64,000 bases of DNA from Barthelona sp. PCE. Taxonomy: Eukaryota. The position numbers were made by a program, and so were the translations under genes. Of the stretch, positions 49,804 through 59,250 are shown one piece after another. The DNA is taken from NCBI GenBank assembly GCA_040285745.1, contig JAUFOR010000002.1, forward strand, positions 372,001 through 436,000, given 5' to 3'. The notes beneath the pieces are model-generated. The model saw nothing but the letters and a program-made list of their open reading frames with translations. It was not told where the DNA came from and made no database searches. Numbering within the stretch: the first letter of the stretch is position 1; every line of letters begins with the position of its first letter.

Positions 49804-51681
49804 TTAGATATCTTCAAAATCGACGTCTTCATCGCCACCACCCATTTGAACGTTATTATCTTCAACATACTTCTTCCATTCTTCGAGTTTAGCAGCGATA
49901 TCCTCACCGGTAACATGTTCGGCGTCGCGGTTCTTTTCAAGCCAATCTTTCCACTTCTTTCCCTCAGGAAGATCATCGGGAACATCAAGCAAGAAAGACT
50001 CACAGGCAATAACACCTTCACGCTTCTTGCGCTCAGCCTCATCAGCCTCACGCATGAGCTCAGCTTCTTCAAGCATGCGCTGGATTTCCTCCTCGCTCAG
50101 CTGACCACTACGCTCGATAGTAAGTTTCTTTGTAGTACCAGATTGTTCACAAGTGGAAGAAACGGTGAGAATACCGCTCTTATCAACCTCAAATACAACC
50201 TCAACCTTAGGCTCACCTCTCCTCATCTTAGGGATACCCTTTAGATCGAATTGATCCAACTTATGGTTATCCTTGGTCATCTGTCGCTCGCCCTCAAACA
50301 CCTGAATGAGGACAGACTCCTGGTTGTCCTGATAGGTTGAGAAAACCTTGCTCTTCTTTGTGGGCACAGTTGTTCCTCTAGGAATAAGGTTGGTCATGAT
50401 ACCACCAACGGTCTCAATACCAAGAGAAAGGGGTGTGACATCGAGGAGAACGATCTTCTCGAGCTCATTAGCTCCTGACATGATTCCTGCTTGAATGGCA
50501 GCACCGTTAGCGACGGCCTCATCGGGGTTCTCTGTAGTGAGAGCCTCCTTACCATCAAAGAAGTCTTTGATAAGGGATCGAACCTTGGGGATACGAGTTG
50601 ATCCTCCAATGAGAACAATCTCATCGACTTCATCCATCTCAAAATCGGCGTCATCCAAGACCTTTCGGATGGGCTCGAGTGTCTTGAGGAAGAGCTCACG
50701 GTTGAGCTTCTCAAACAAGGCACGTGATACAGGAACAACGTAATCTTCACCTGAGCGAAGGGAAACAGTGAAATCAGCCTGAGTAGTAGAAGAAAGAACT
50801 TTCTTGACTCTTTCTGATTCGGCCCTGATCTTGCCACGTAACTCCAAGTCATTCTGGACAGAGATACCATCGTTACGCATCTTGTTCTTAACGTACTCAC
50901 TGAGGTTATGATCGAAATCCTCGCCACCAAGGTGAGTATCACCGTTTGTAGCAAGCACCTCAAAGACACCAGCTGAATCGATAGTAAGTAATGAAACATC
51001 GAAAGTACCACCACCCAGATCGTAGATCAACACATTGAGCTCATCATCAATGTCACGTGTGAGACCAAATGAAAGAGCGGCGGCTGTAGGCTCATTGAGA
51101 ATACGCTCAACCTCGAGGCCGGCAATCTTACCTGCGTCCTTTGTGGCCTGTCTCTGCGCATCGTTAAAGTAAGCAGGGACTGTGATGACAGCCTTGGAAA
51201 CGGGTTGACCGAGATATTCCTCGGCTTGATGTTTCAGGTAAGACAAGACCATAGCGCTGATCTCCTCAGGCGCGTATTGCTTGCCCTCCTCAGTCTCGAC
51301 ATAAGGTCTGTTGCCCTTGTTGACGATCTTGTAAGGAAGTCTTTCCATTTCCTTTTGGAGCTGATCACCGCTTGAAGCGAAATCGAGACCAATCAATCTC
51401 TTAACGTCGAAGAAGGTTGAAAGGGGCCTTTTGTGTTGCTCCAATTTGGCGGGAAGACCGACTATTGGGGTTTTTGATCCTTCCTCAAATGCTACGTATG
51501 ATGGAGTGATACGGGCACCGAGGTGGTTAGGGATGATCGTGGGGGAGCTGCTCGAGTACACTGAGCAGGCGCTGTAGGTTGTGCCCAGATCAATTGCTAT
51601 ATAAATATCTTGTTCTTCTGTTTCAGTTGCCACTGAGAGTGCCAACCACGCTAATAACGTCAGTACAAGAACTTTCCTCAT
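49804..51681 (-). CDS. BiP: ER Hsp70 (BiP-like) with a signal peptide
   Basis: Signal peptide [78 protein letters not shown]. Ends DEDVDFEDI*. Confidence 0.92.
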   Translation of the reverse strand: MRKVLVLTLLAWLALSVATETEEQDIYIAIDLGTTYSACSVYSSSSPTIIPNHLGARITPSYVAFEEGSKTPIVGLPAKLEQHKRPLSTFFDVKRLIGLDFASSGDQLQKEMERLPYKIVNKGNRPYVETEEGKQYAPEEISAMVLSYLKHQAEEYLGQPVSKAVITVPAYFNDAQRQATKDAGKIAGLEVERILNEPTAAALSFGLTRDIDDELNVLIYDLGGGTFDVSLLTIDSAGVFEVLATNGDTHLGGEDFDHNLSEYVKNKMRNDGISVQNDLELRGKIRAESERVKKVLSSTTQADFTVSLRSGEDYVVPVSRALFEKLNRELFLKTLEPIRKVLDDADFEMDEVDEIVLIGGSTRIPKVRSLIKDFFDGKEALTTENPDEAVANGAAIQAGIMSGANELEKIVLLDVTPLSLGIETVGGIMTNLIPRGTTVPTKKSKVFSTYQDNQESVLIQVFEGERQMTKDNHKLDQFDLKGIPKMRRGEPKVEVVFEVDKSGILTVSSTCEQSGTTKKLTIERSGQLSEEEIQRMLEEAELMREADEAERKKREGVIACESFLLDVPDDLPEGKKWKDWLEKNRDAEHVTGEDIAAKLEEWKKYVEDNNVQMGGGDEDVDFEDI

Positions 51682-52842
51682 CTTTTAAGAAGTATAAGGG
51701 GTGAAATCAGCTTTGCAGCTCAATTGTTGGACCGAAATACGGATCATCCTTTGGTTCTCTGTTAGCACAATTTCAGGCGAGTGTGGTTGGTTAAAAGTGT
51801 TCAACAATAGTTTATTTGGTTAGTTTTTTTTATAGAAGTTATCGATTGCAATTTATTTGCTTGTTTTATTTTACGAGCAGTGCAAAACTGTGGTGAATCA
51901 GTCTCCAAACAGTTCAGTTTGCCAATTTTTGTATAAAAAAGCATGGTTTCGCTTTTTTTCTTTTTTTGAAGTTGTTTTTTTGGTATTTGCATTTTTTAAA
52001 GCGGGGTTTAATGGGATTTCTGATATCAAGGGCATGTTATTTTTGTAGTTTTACAATGTTTTAGTTTCATTCTTTTTTTTCTCAGTTTCTGTTTGAATTG
52101 TATTCTCTCAAATGTTACTAACATGTACCACACTGGTGACCACGCTCACACCATCATTAACAATCGTTTCTGAATTATGTACGCTTGGATGGTTTTGTAT
52201 CTGTTTTTGCACCATAAGAATTTTCAATTATTATTGTGAGAATAACGCAGCATTGATAGAAAACTGCACTGATACAATTTTAAGGTATTTATAGTGAAAA
52301 TTTGAGATTTACCCTTTTTTTATTTTTCTTTTTTTTTCTCGTGATTTTTTGTACTTTTTGCTTCTTGGGTGGATATTATGTGGGAAGATATTAGGGTTTA
52401 TGTATTTAAAATGCTCGAAAAACCAAACAGAGGAAAGCGAAAGTTTTTGGTTTTTTTATTTTGCGTCTCCCTTTTCAACTTTAAATCACTGGTTGCCCTC
52501 GGCATGGGGGTCCCTGTGGATGTTCGTCAGTAGAAAGCCGAGCAATTTGAGCTATTCTCACTCCAATTTGTTCAAGCACATTTTCACAAGGTTTGTATCC
52601 AAAATTATTAAAAAACATGTGTTTTGTGAACTTAGATAGCATGTGTATGGCATTGTCGGGTGGCCAGACACAATATTCACCATTCACCATGAGTAAAAAC
52701 ACGAATAAAAATATCCTCAGGGTAGCACCAAAAATTGTTTTTACTGCAGGCGCAAGTGTCTGTCCTGGCAAACACCTCCCCTGTGCATGACAAAGAAACT
52801 ATTTAGGGAGAAGACCCTACATTTATTTATTTAACTTTTATT

Positions 52843-53430
52843 ATGCCCCGTAAGAGCCGTAAGTCCAAGAAGGTCGAAGAAGAACCCATTGAGGAAGTCG
52901 AAGTCGAAGAATCTGACGTCGAAGAAGAAGAATCTGACGTCGAAGAAGAAGAAGAGGTCGAAGCTGTTGAAGAGACCAAGCCCAAAAAGGGTGGTCGTAA
53001 GAAGAAGGGTAAGAGAGCCCCTCCTTCTATCGAAGAGCTCCCCGAGGATCTCGCTGAGGAAGATGTCTTCCTTTGTGCTTTCCCTCGCAAGGTTTATGCC
53101 TGTCGTGTTCTTGAATATCCTTATGAGGATGAAGAGTACAAATACGAGGGCAAGGCCTACGTAGAGTTCCTTGGTTACAACTCCTCTAAGTACAGTGTTG
53201 TTACCATTGGTAAGTTGCACGATTTTGATGAGGTTAACTTTGTTGAAGCTGTTCAGAACAAGAACATTCCCATCGGCCGTGGTTTAGAGATCATCTACAA
53301 GGTTGCTGAGGAGTTAGAGATCAAGTTGCCCGATATTGACAAGGTCCCCGCTAAGGAGCGTAAGCCCAAGAAGAAGCGTGGTGCCAAGAAGAAGAAGGAG
53401 GATAAGAAGGATAAGAAGAGCAAAAAGTAA
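52843..53430 (+). CDS. Small acidic/basic protein with a PWWP/Tudor-like domain
   Basis: E-rich tract and K-rich ends around VFLCAFPRKVYACRVL...YVEFLG....YSVV....L.DF, which fits a PWWP-like strand pattern. High-expression codon bias. Confidence 0.7.
   Translation: MPRKSRKSKKVEEEPIEEVEVEESDVEEEESDVEEEEEVEAVEETKPKKGGRKKKGKRAPPSIEELPEDLAEEDVFLCAFPRKVYACRVLEYPYEDEEYKYEGKAYVEFLGYNSSKYSVVTIGKLHDFDEVNFVEAVQNKNIPIGRGLEIIYKVAEELEIKLPDIDKVPAKERKPKKKRGAKKKKEDKKDKKSKK
52906..52947 (+). repeat. Perfect 21-nt tandem duplication encoding EESDVEE x2
   Basis: GAAGAATCTGACGTCGAAGAA at 52906-52926 and 52927-52947. Confidence 0.9.
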
Positions 53431-53504
53431 TCTTACTTATCTTTAATCCCCAACCCACATCCAACTATGTTGTAAAAAAATCATTCGTTTTATTTTGACA
53501 CTTT

Positions 53505-54128
53505 TCAATCGCTGTCGCTGTCGCTATCAGAAACATCCCACCAAGTATTATCCTCAAGAACATCAGCAACAGGCGCTATTTCTATCGCTTCCTCCTCTTT
53601 TGGAAGAAATTCCTTCTCCACTCTTTGAATATCATCTGAATTACAAACATCAGGAGCGGTATATGCATCGATCAGGAATCTGTTCAGCGAGAAAAATGTG
53701 TGCCCCCAGTTGAACTTACCCATCACGCGTTCTGCGTCCTCTCGGTGACCGGCTAAACATAAAGCCGCTGCGTATGCTTCTGCACAACTAAGCTTGTGTG
53801 GTTTTCCATAGTTGACTGGATTGGCAGCAATGAATAGGGGGAGTTTACGGGGATGTGGGGTCCTCATCTTCTTGAAATCAATCTCATCTAGTCTGGCCCA
53901 AGAACAATCGATAACAGCTAAGCCGTGTTCGTTAACAATATCGTAGTCTTCTGGGCTGACGACGAGTTGCCCCATTGGGCTGAGAGTGATGCCTCCGAAG
54001 TATCCATGGTTAATATTAAGTTCGGATACAAGCCCAAAACGAACTAACTTTTGCCCAGTGCATCTTTTGGGATCGCAGTGTCTAAAATCCCAGAGTGCGA
54101 GCCGTGTGTTTGGCTTTGATTCCTCCAT
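53505..54128 (-). CDS. TSR3: 18S rRNA aminocarboxypropyltransferase
   Basis: WDF.HCDPKRC.G.KL, AVIDCSWA, R.LP...AANPVNYGKP.KLSCAEA, F.WGH.F..LN. Confidence 0.96.
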   Translation of the reverse strand: MEESKPNTRLALWDFRHCDPKRCTGQKLVRFGLVSELNINHGYFGGITLSPMGQLVVSPEDYDIVNEHGLAVIDCSWARLDEIDFKKMRTPHPRKLPLFIAANPVNYGKPHKLSCAEAYAAALCLAGHREDAERVMGKFNWGHTFFSLNRFLIDAYTAPDVCNSDDIQRVEKEFLPKEEEAIEIAPVADVLEDNTWWDVSDSDSDSD

Positions 54129-54525
54129 TTATGTGTGTTGTGTTTTGAAAAAGGGTTAGATTTCCTGAACCACTTTTGTTGGGTTTTTTGTATTTTACTT
54201 ACTCGTACTGATCCATATTATGTTGGTAAATTTCAAGCAGAGCAATTTTTTATTCACACTTGTGAATTGTGCATACCTGTTTTAGGATTTGCATTTTGTG
54301 TTTACTTTGTTTCTAAAAGTTGGGTATAGTTTTTAATATGAGTAATTAACACACAGTGCGAAAGGAATTTTTTTTTTTCACTAAGATTGGATCAGTAGTC
54401 AAATGATTTCAACAATAAACCCTATTGTGATATTATTTTGCAGCTAACTCTCAGCAAAATAAGCTCTTCTATCTTGGAAAGGAGTTACAAATAAACAGTT
54501 TGGTTTCCTTTTTCAATCCTTTTCT

Positions 54526-55299
54526 ATGAGTGACACAGACGCTCTTCTATCTAAATTATCTCAGCAGCTAGCCACGCTCAACTCTTTGAGTTCTGCAACG
54601 AAGCAAAGTAATGCCACTATCCTTCAAACAATCAAAGATTCACCCGCAAATATTAAGTCTCGTGCACAACTAAAGCGAGCATCTCCCGTGGCACCAAAAA
54701 GGGCATCTCCGATCACTAAACGATCATCGCCAGTATCACACAAGAGCCCTGTTTCACATCCTCGAAATTCGAATATCTCTCCACAGCCTCAACGTAAGAT
54801 GACACCTCCCCGTCAGTCAGTATCTCCCATTGGCGAAGAGAAGGAGTTCCCACGTATCCAAAACATTCCAAAACCAACACCTGTTCTTCAGAGTAAGAAA
54901 CCTGTGAACAGTCCTTCTCCTGTCCATCCAAGCACAATCATGCACACCTCAGAGCGAGAACCCATCCCTGTTGAGCCAGACATGACCATGTCTAATCCAC
55001 TAGAGACTGGAGATCCAGACTTTGGTCTCTTCCCAATGACGCCACAGAATGGAACCACTCATGCTGTTCAGTTATCCCCTGCTGTGATTGAGCAACAGGC
55101 AGTGCTCACTGAGCAAAGAACAGATTGTATTTCATATATATATATGCTTAAATCACAGGAATTAGTGACAGAACAAGAAGCAGTGCGTTCAATTACTTTG
55201 GCATTGGAAGATGATCGGCTTGTAACATTGTGGAGGAGTCAGGTGAGTCAAGACCCTCATTTATATGTCTCAATTTTGAGGAATATTATTTCTTTGTAA
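54526..55299 (+). CDS. Uncharacterised Ser/Pro-rich protein with a short helical C-terminal domain
   Basis: 257-aa ATG ORF with repeated KRASP/KRSSP/KSP motifs. Confidence 0.7.
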   Translation: MSDTDALLSKLSQQLATLNSLSSATKQSNATILQTIKDSPANIKSRAQLKRASPVAPKRASPITKRSSPVSHKSPVSHPRNSNISPQPQRKMTPPRQSVSPIGEEKEFPRIQNIPKPTPVLQSKKPVNSPSPVHPSTIMHTSEREPIPVEPDMTMSNPLETGDPDFGLFPMTPQNGTTHAVQLSPAVIEQQAVLTEQRTDCISYIYMLKSQELVTEQEAVRSITLALEDDRLVTLWRSQVSQDPHLYVSILRNIISL

Positions 55300-55354
55300 A
55301 TATTAGTGTTATATCTTTTTTATCCTTTTCTTTGTGACGAATGTTAATATAGTG

Positions 55355-58300
55355 ATGGTTGAAGCATTCATAAAATGGTTACATTCGTCATTTCAGACGC
55401 GAATCCTAGTTGGTGCAACTGATGAAGCACAGGAAGCTCTGAAGCGCTTTAATATTTCATATTTGGAGCTATTCACACCCGTAGCTACTCTTACAAATGT
55501 CAATTATCACCTGGACTTGGGGAACAATGTTTTTCATAACATAAATGAGTTTCCTTTAAAATTTGTTGATTTAGAATCGCAAAAGCCACAGTCACCCACA
55601 GAAATAATCCAGAACTTTGATCAACAGATACGATCAAGTACCTTTCAGAGTAACGTATTTCTTTTCAATTCAGAAAGTAATGTTAGCTCTATATCTGCAC
55701 CAAAGCTCACACCTTGGTACACTCGAGCGACGAACTACTTGTTAGATTCACTGGTTGACGTCAGCCATCATGAGTATCTTCAGCAACCGCAGGGTTCAAT
55801 ATTGTTTTGCTTTTTATCCAACAGAAATTCTCTTCAGAGCATCAGCTCTCACCCACTGATCATGAACCCAGTCACCATGTGTGATGTTCATTTGTTTTGT
55901 GTTCTAGATAGCTCAATTAGTGAGCAAGAACAGCGACACATGAGAGATTCACTGGCATTACAGTATGGAGGTCGTCTAGCATTTGTGACCCTTGTTGGGG
56001 AGGACGAGAGCGATGACGTGTTGTCGCATAGCGTATGGTCCACAATTCGCAGCGGTCTCAAAACATTTGTTGGTCGCAGGCTGTTGCCCTCCATTGCTGA
56101 ATCAATCAGAGCCAGTGTTGCGTTTGCATCGAAGCACACAGGCGGGTGGTGGTCCCGGTTCAAGAATAGGAATTCGTCGATCGAAACAGACCCTTCAAGG
56201 GATTTCTTTAGATTCGGGCAGGAAGATCCGGAACATCATTTACGCAAGGCTGCAGACCTATGTCTTCTCCTGGGAGCGTTCGACACGGCCAAGGACCTGT
56301 ACCAACAACTACAGCCGATGTTAAGGAACAAGAAGGCATGGTTCAACTACGGTGGGACACTGGAGGTTTTGTTCTTGATTGAGATATTGGGCACAAACAA
56401 GGCCCACGGAGAAAAGTGGCTCGCTGAACTCAACTTTACAGATGTAGAGGAGCTTTTTCAACAAGCATCCTTGCACTATATGCATTTTCTGAACAGTTTG
56501 GAATTCTCTTTCCTTTATTTCATCAGGTTGCATCTTTTGGGATTCGCATTCTTCGCTGCGTACACATTAGAAGATCCAAAGTACGCCAAGCATAGATCAA
56601 CAGTGTATGGAAGCTGTCTGACTCTGACTGACTGCATCCCGAACCCCCTCATTTTAGCACTGACTTTCGAGCAGCTAGCGCTCCTGGAGATGAAGTTCGG
56701 GAGTATGAGGAGGTACAGCTACTTTGTGCTACGTGCTGCATTGAGTTATGAGGCTGCTCAGCTCCCTATCCATGCGTTCAGGCTGCATCTAAGCAATGCC
56801 TTCACATTGGCTCTTTTTGAGCACACAATACCCGACTTCACGCTGCGGTATAACGTGTGTGATCTTGACAGCATCATCGAGATGGTTTCGTTTAAACTTG
56901 ATCGTTGTGATACTTTCATCAGATCCGAGTTCAATGCACCCAGGGTGACGAGCGATGTGATGGTTGCATGGAATAACATGAAGCACCTAGTATGCTACAA
57001 GCTGTTCATGCTGATGGTACACTTTGATAAGCCAGCCCAGCTTGCCGTCGATATAGGTCTCAGTGCACTATCGGCATTCACAGCCAACACGTCAACCGTG
57101 GAGAACATGTGCAGGACGCTCGAGAAGATGGAGTTTGGCACCGACCTTGATGGCCGGTATTCACCCGTCAGCGCTCTTCGTCCAGAAGTTATGACTGACA
57201 CAAATATAACTCGTTTTAAACACAGCTTTGCGGAGACAGAGCTTGACGACGGTGAGTGTGCGTGCCTAAACGTGGAGGGTTCCCCACAGGTTGTCGCACC
57301 ACTTCATAAACAGGCGAGAGAATTTTTCGAACGCATTTTGTATGAAAAGTCCACAAAGAAAAGAGAGGCACGGTTCACCGACTTCCGTTCCAATAGAACT
57401 TCGCATGGTGTTCCAGATTATTTTTTTGATTACATTGTAGCAGTCGACGAGATGTTCAACCTGACCATTGTGTTCACCAACTCTCTCTCCACTCCCGTTG
57501 AACTAACGAACGTCACGCTGGTCTACGAGCTGGTCGACAAGGCTATGCCGTGGCTCCCTGAGGATGAGATTGATCCTATTGCAGATGAAGATATTGACAC
57601 CCCACCCCTTGCGTTTATGTTGCCTCCAACTACTCAGCAGATCATCATGATCCCCGTTGTGCTTAAAAAACCGCGCTATCTGAAGGTCACGGGTATTTCA
57701 TACGACTTTTGTGGCGTTTCTTTCAGATCGAGGTTTAACGAAGCCCCATCAAATCCCAAAGCCACAAGTGCTTATGGCATCGGGTCTATCGGATCATGTC
57801 CAGCTCCCGTGCAACTGGGCCAACCCGAGAACGACTTGGTCATAACTGCTGTCAAACACCTTCCCCGTCTCGCGGTTGAGATGAATGGCTGTCGTCATTC
57901 TGTGTTGCACGGAGAGAGTTTTGACATCGAGATCACGTTGTCCAATGTGTCAAACGTAGACATGCACAACATTCATTTGTTGTCGGACAATGTAAGTTCA
58001 ATGACATGTTTGAAATCAGTTACTGATGAACACCAAGGATACACCATCTCCGAGGAGAAAATGCATGCGCGTGGTGAGCCGTTGGTTGATATGGGGCGCC
58101 TGAACGAGTTTGATGATCCACAGCTTATTTGCGAGATACTCAAGAGTGGCGAGTCGCGAACTTTCAAGACGAGCATGTACGCTTTCGAGACTGGTCGCGT
58201 CAGGCAACACTTTTACTTTGTTTATCAGGACATAACCCCCTCACAACCCGTATTGTTTAGAGATTTCACAATCAAGTATGAGTATAATGCACTTTCTGTG

Positions 58301-59233
58301 GTTGATGTGGTGCTCAATACCCTGACATCCACGCACAGCGAGAGGATGCTTCTATCTCTGATGTGTGATTCTTCCAACAATAACGTTGAGATCACGAACG
58401 TTGTTGTGGCGTCACGTGCTTGGGAGCTCAGCAGATGTTATTCTGAGTTCCCCTTTGTACCCAGAAATGGACACAGCACCGTCGTTCAGCTGAACAGGGT
58501 ACCAGCTCATGATCACATGATTCTGAGTGATTCTGAGTATTTCGAACAATACAAGTCGGTATTCCTCAGACACTTGCACAAATGGCGCCTTCCCAACGAA
58601 CACTTGCTGCTGCAGGCACTGCAGAACTGCAGGCTGTCGCCAGATCTGTTTGCAATTGAGAAGGAGAAGCAGCAGGGTATGTACAATAAGCTCTATGAGA
58701 ACAAGCGTATGTACCCTTTTCATTTAAACTACTCCATCTTTGTGCACTACAATTTGAATGGGTTTAAAGGCGTGATACCATTCCTCGATGTTATAGATCT
58801 GTCTGAGACAATGCCGCGGCCGTCTATTCCTATTCCAAAGGTAGTACCGATTTCATTTCAGTATACCAAGCCACAGCCAGTACGAACATTTGTTGATCAC
58901 CCCTCGACAGTTGCGCTCGATGAGCCTATCGAATTCAAGGTAACTATCGTGAATAGTACTTCAGGAAAACTATCATTCCAAATCTCAACGACGAATGTTT
59001 TGGATGACGAAAAGGCGATATCAGCAGTCGTAAAACACCGTTCATCGCGCAGGTATGTTGTTGATGGTCTCAGTCATGTCTGCATGCATGTGGAAGCTTA
59101 TTCCAGCAAGAGCACGAAGTTTAGTGTAGTTTTTAAGGGTCGTGGAGTTTTTGAGAACGACATTGTTGTAGTAACGTGCTTGGAAACAGGCACAGAGTTC
59201 AAGTACTGTCGTAGCATTATCACAGTTGAATAG
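55355..59233 (+). CDS. TRAPPC8: TRAPP-III subunit TRAPPC8/Trs85
   Basis: N-terminus SF...I.V...DEA......NISY.ELF.P, PE..LRK.ADL..LLG.FD.A...Y, EQ.A...RRY...V.AA..Y, and N.L..PV.L..V.L Ig-like C-terminal domains. First ATG at 55355. Confidence 0.8.
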   Translation: MVEAFIKWLHSSFQTRILVGATDEAQEALKRFNISYLELFTPVATLTNVNYHLDLGNNVFHNINEFPLKFVDLESQKPQSPTEIIQNFDQQIRSSTFQSNVFLFNSESNVSSISAPKLTPWYTRATNYLLDSLVDVSHHEYLQQPQGSILFCFLSNRNSLQSISSHPLIMNPVTMCDVHLFCVLDSSISEQEQRHMRDSLALQYGGRLAFVTLVGEDESDDVLSHSVWSTIRSGLKTFVGRRLLPSIAESIRASVAFASKHTGGWWSRFKNRNSSIETDPSRDFFRFGQEDPEHHLRKAADLCLLLGAFDTAKDLYQQLQPMLRNKKAWFNYGGTLEVLFLIEILGTNKAHGEKWLAELNFTDVEELFQQASLHYMHFLNSLEFSFLYFIRLHLLGFAFFAAYTLEDPKYAKHRSTVYGSCLTLTDCIPNPLILALTFEQLALLEMKFGSMRRYSYFVLRAALSYEAAQLPIHAFRLHLSNAFTLALFEHTIPDFTLRYNVCDLDSIIEMVSFKLDRCDTFIRSEFNAPRVTSDVMVAWNNMKHLVCYKLFMLMVHFDKPAQLAVDIGLSALSAFTANTSTVENMCRTLEKMEFGTDLDGRYSPVSALRPEVMTDTNITRFKHSFAETELDDGECACLNVEGSPQVVAPLHKQAREFFERILYEKSTKKREARFTDFRSNRTSHGVPDYFFDYIVAVDEMFNLTIVFTNSLSTPVELTNVTLVYELVDKAMPWLPEDEIDPIADEDIDTPPLAFMLPPTTQQIIMIPVVLKKPRYLKVTGISYDFCGVSFRSRFNEAPSNPKATSAYGIGSIGSCPAPVQLGQPENDLVITAVKHLPRLAVEMNGCRHSVLHGESFDIEITLSNVSNVDMHNIHLLSDNVSSMTCLKSVTDEHQGYTISEEKMHARGEPLVDMGRLNEFDDPQLICEILKSGESRTFKTSMYAFETGRVRQHFYFVYQDITPSQPVLFRDFTIKYEYNALSVVDVVLNTLTSTHSERMLLSLMCDSSNNNVEITNVVVASRAWELSRCYSEFPFVPRNGHSTVVQLNRVPAHDHMILSDSEYFEQYKSVFLRHLHKWRLPNEHLLLQALQNCRLSPDLFAIEKEKQQGMYNKLYENKRMYPFHLNYSIFVHYNLNGFKGVIPFLDVIDLSETMPRPSIPIPKVVPISFQYTKPQPVRTFVDHPSTVALDEPIEFKVTIVNSTSGKLSFQISTTNVLDDEKAISAVVKHRSSRRYVVDGLSHVCMHVEAYSSKSTKFSVVFKGRGVFENDIVVVTCLETGTEFKYCRSIITVE

Positions 59234-59250
59234 TAAAAAACAAAATTCTT

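Noticed and set aside
52524-52530. CUGACGA on the minus strand as a hammerhead ribozyme core
   Set aside because: No correctly placed stem II plus GAAA.
52349-52790. Three 65-96-aa ORFs in the BiP-PWWP intergenic region
   Set aside because: Non-ATG starts, atypical codon usage and no protein-like motifs.
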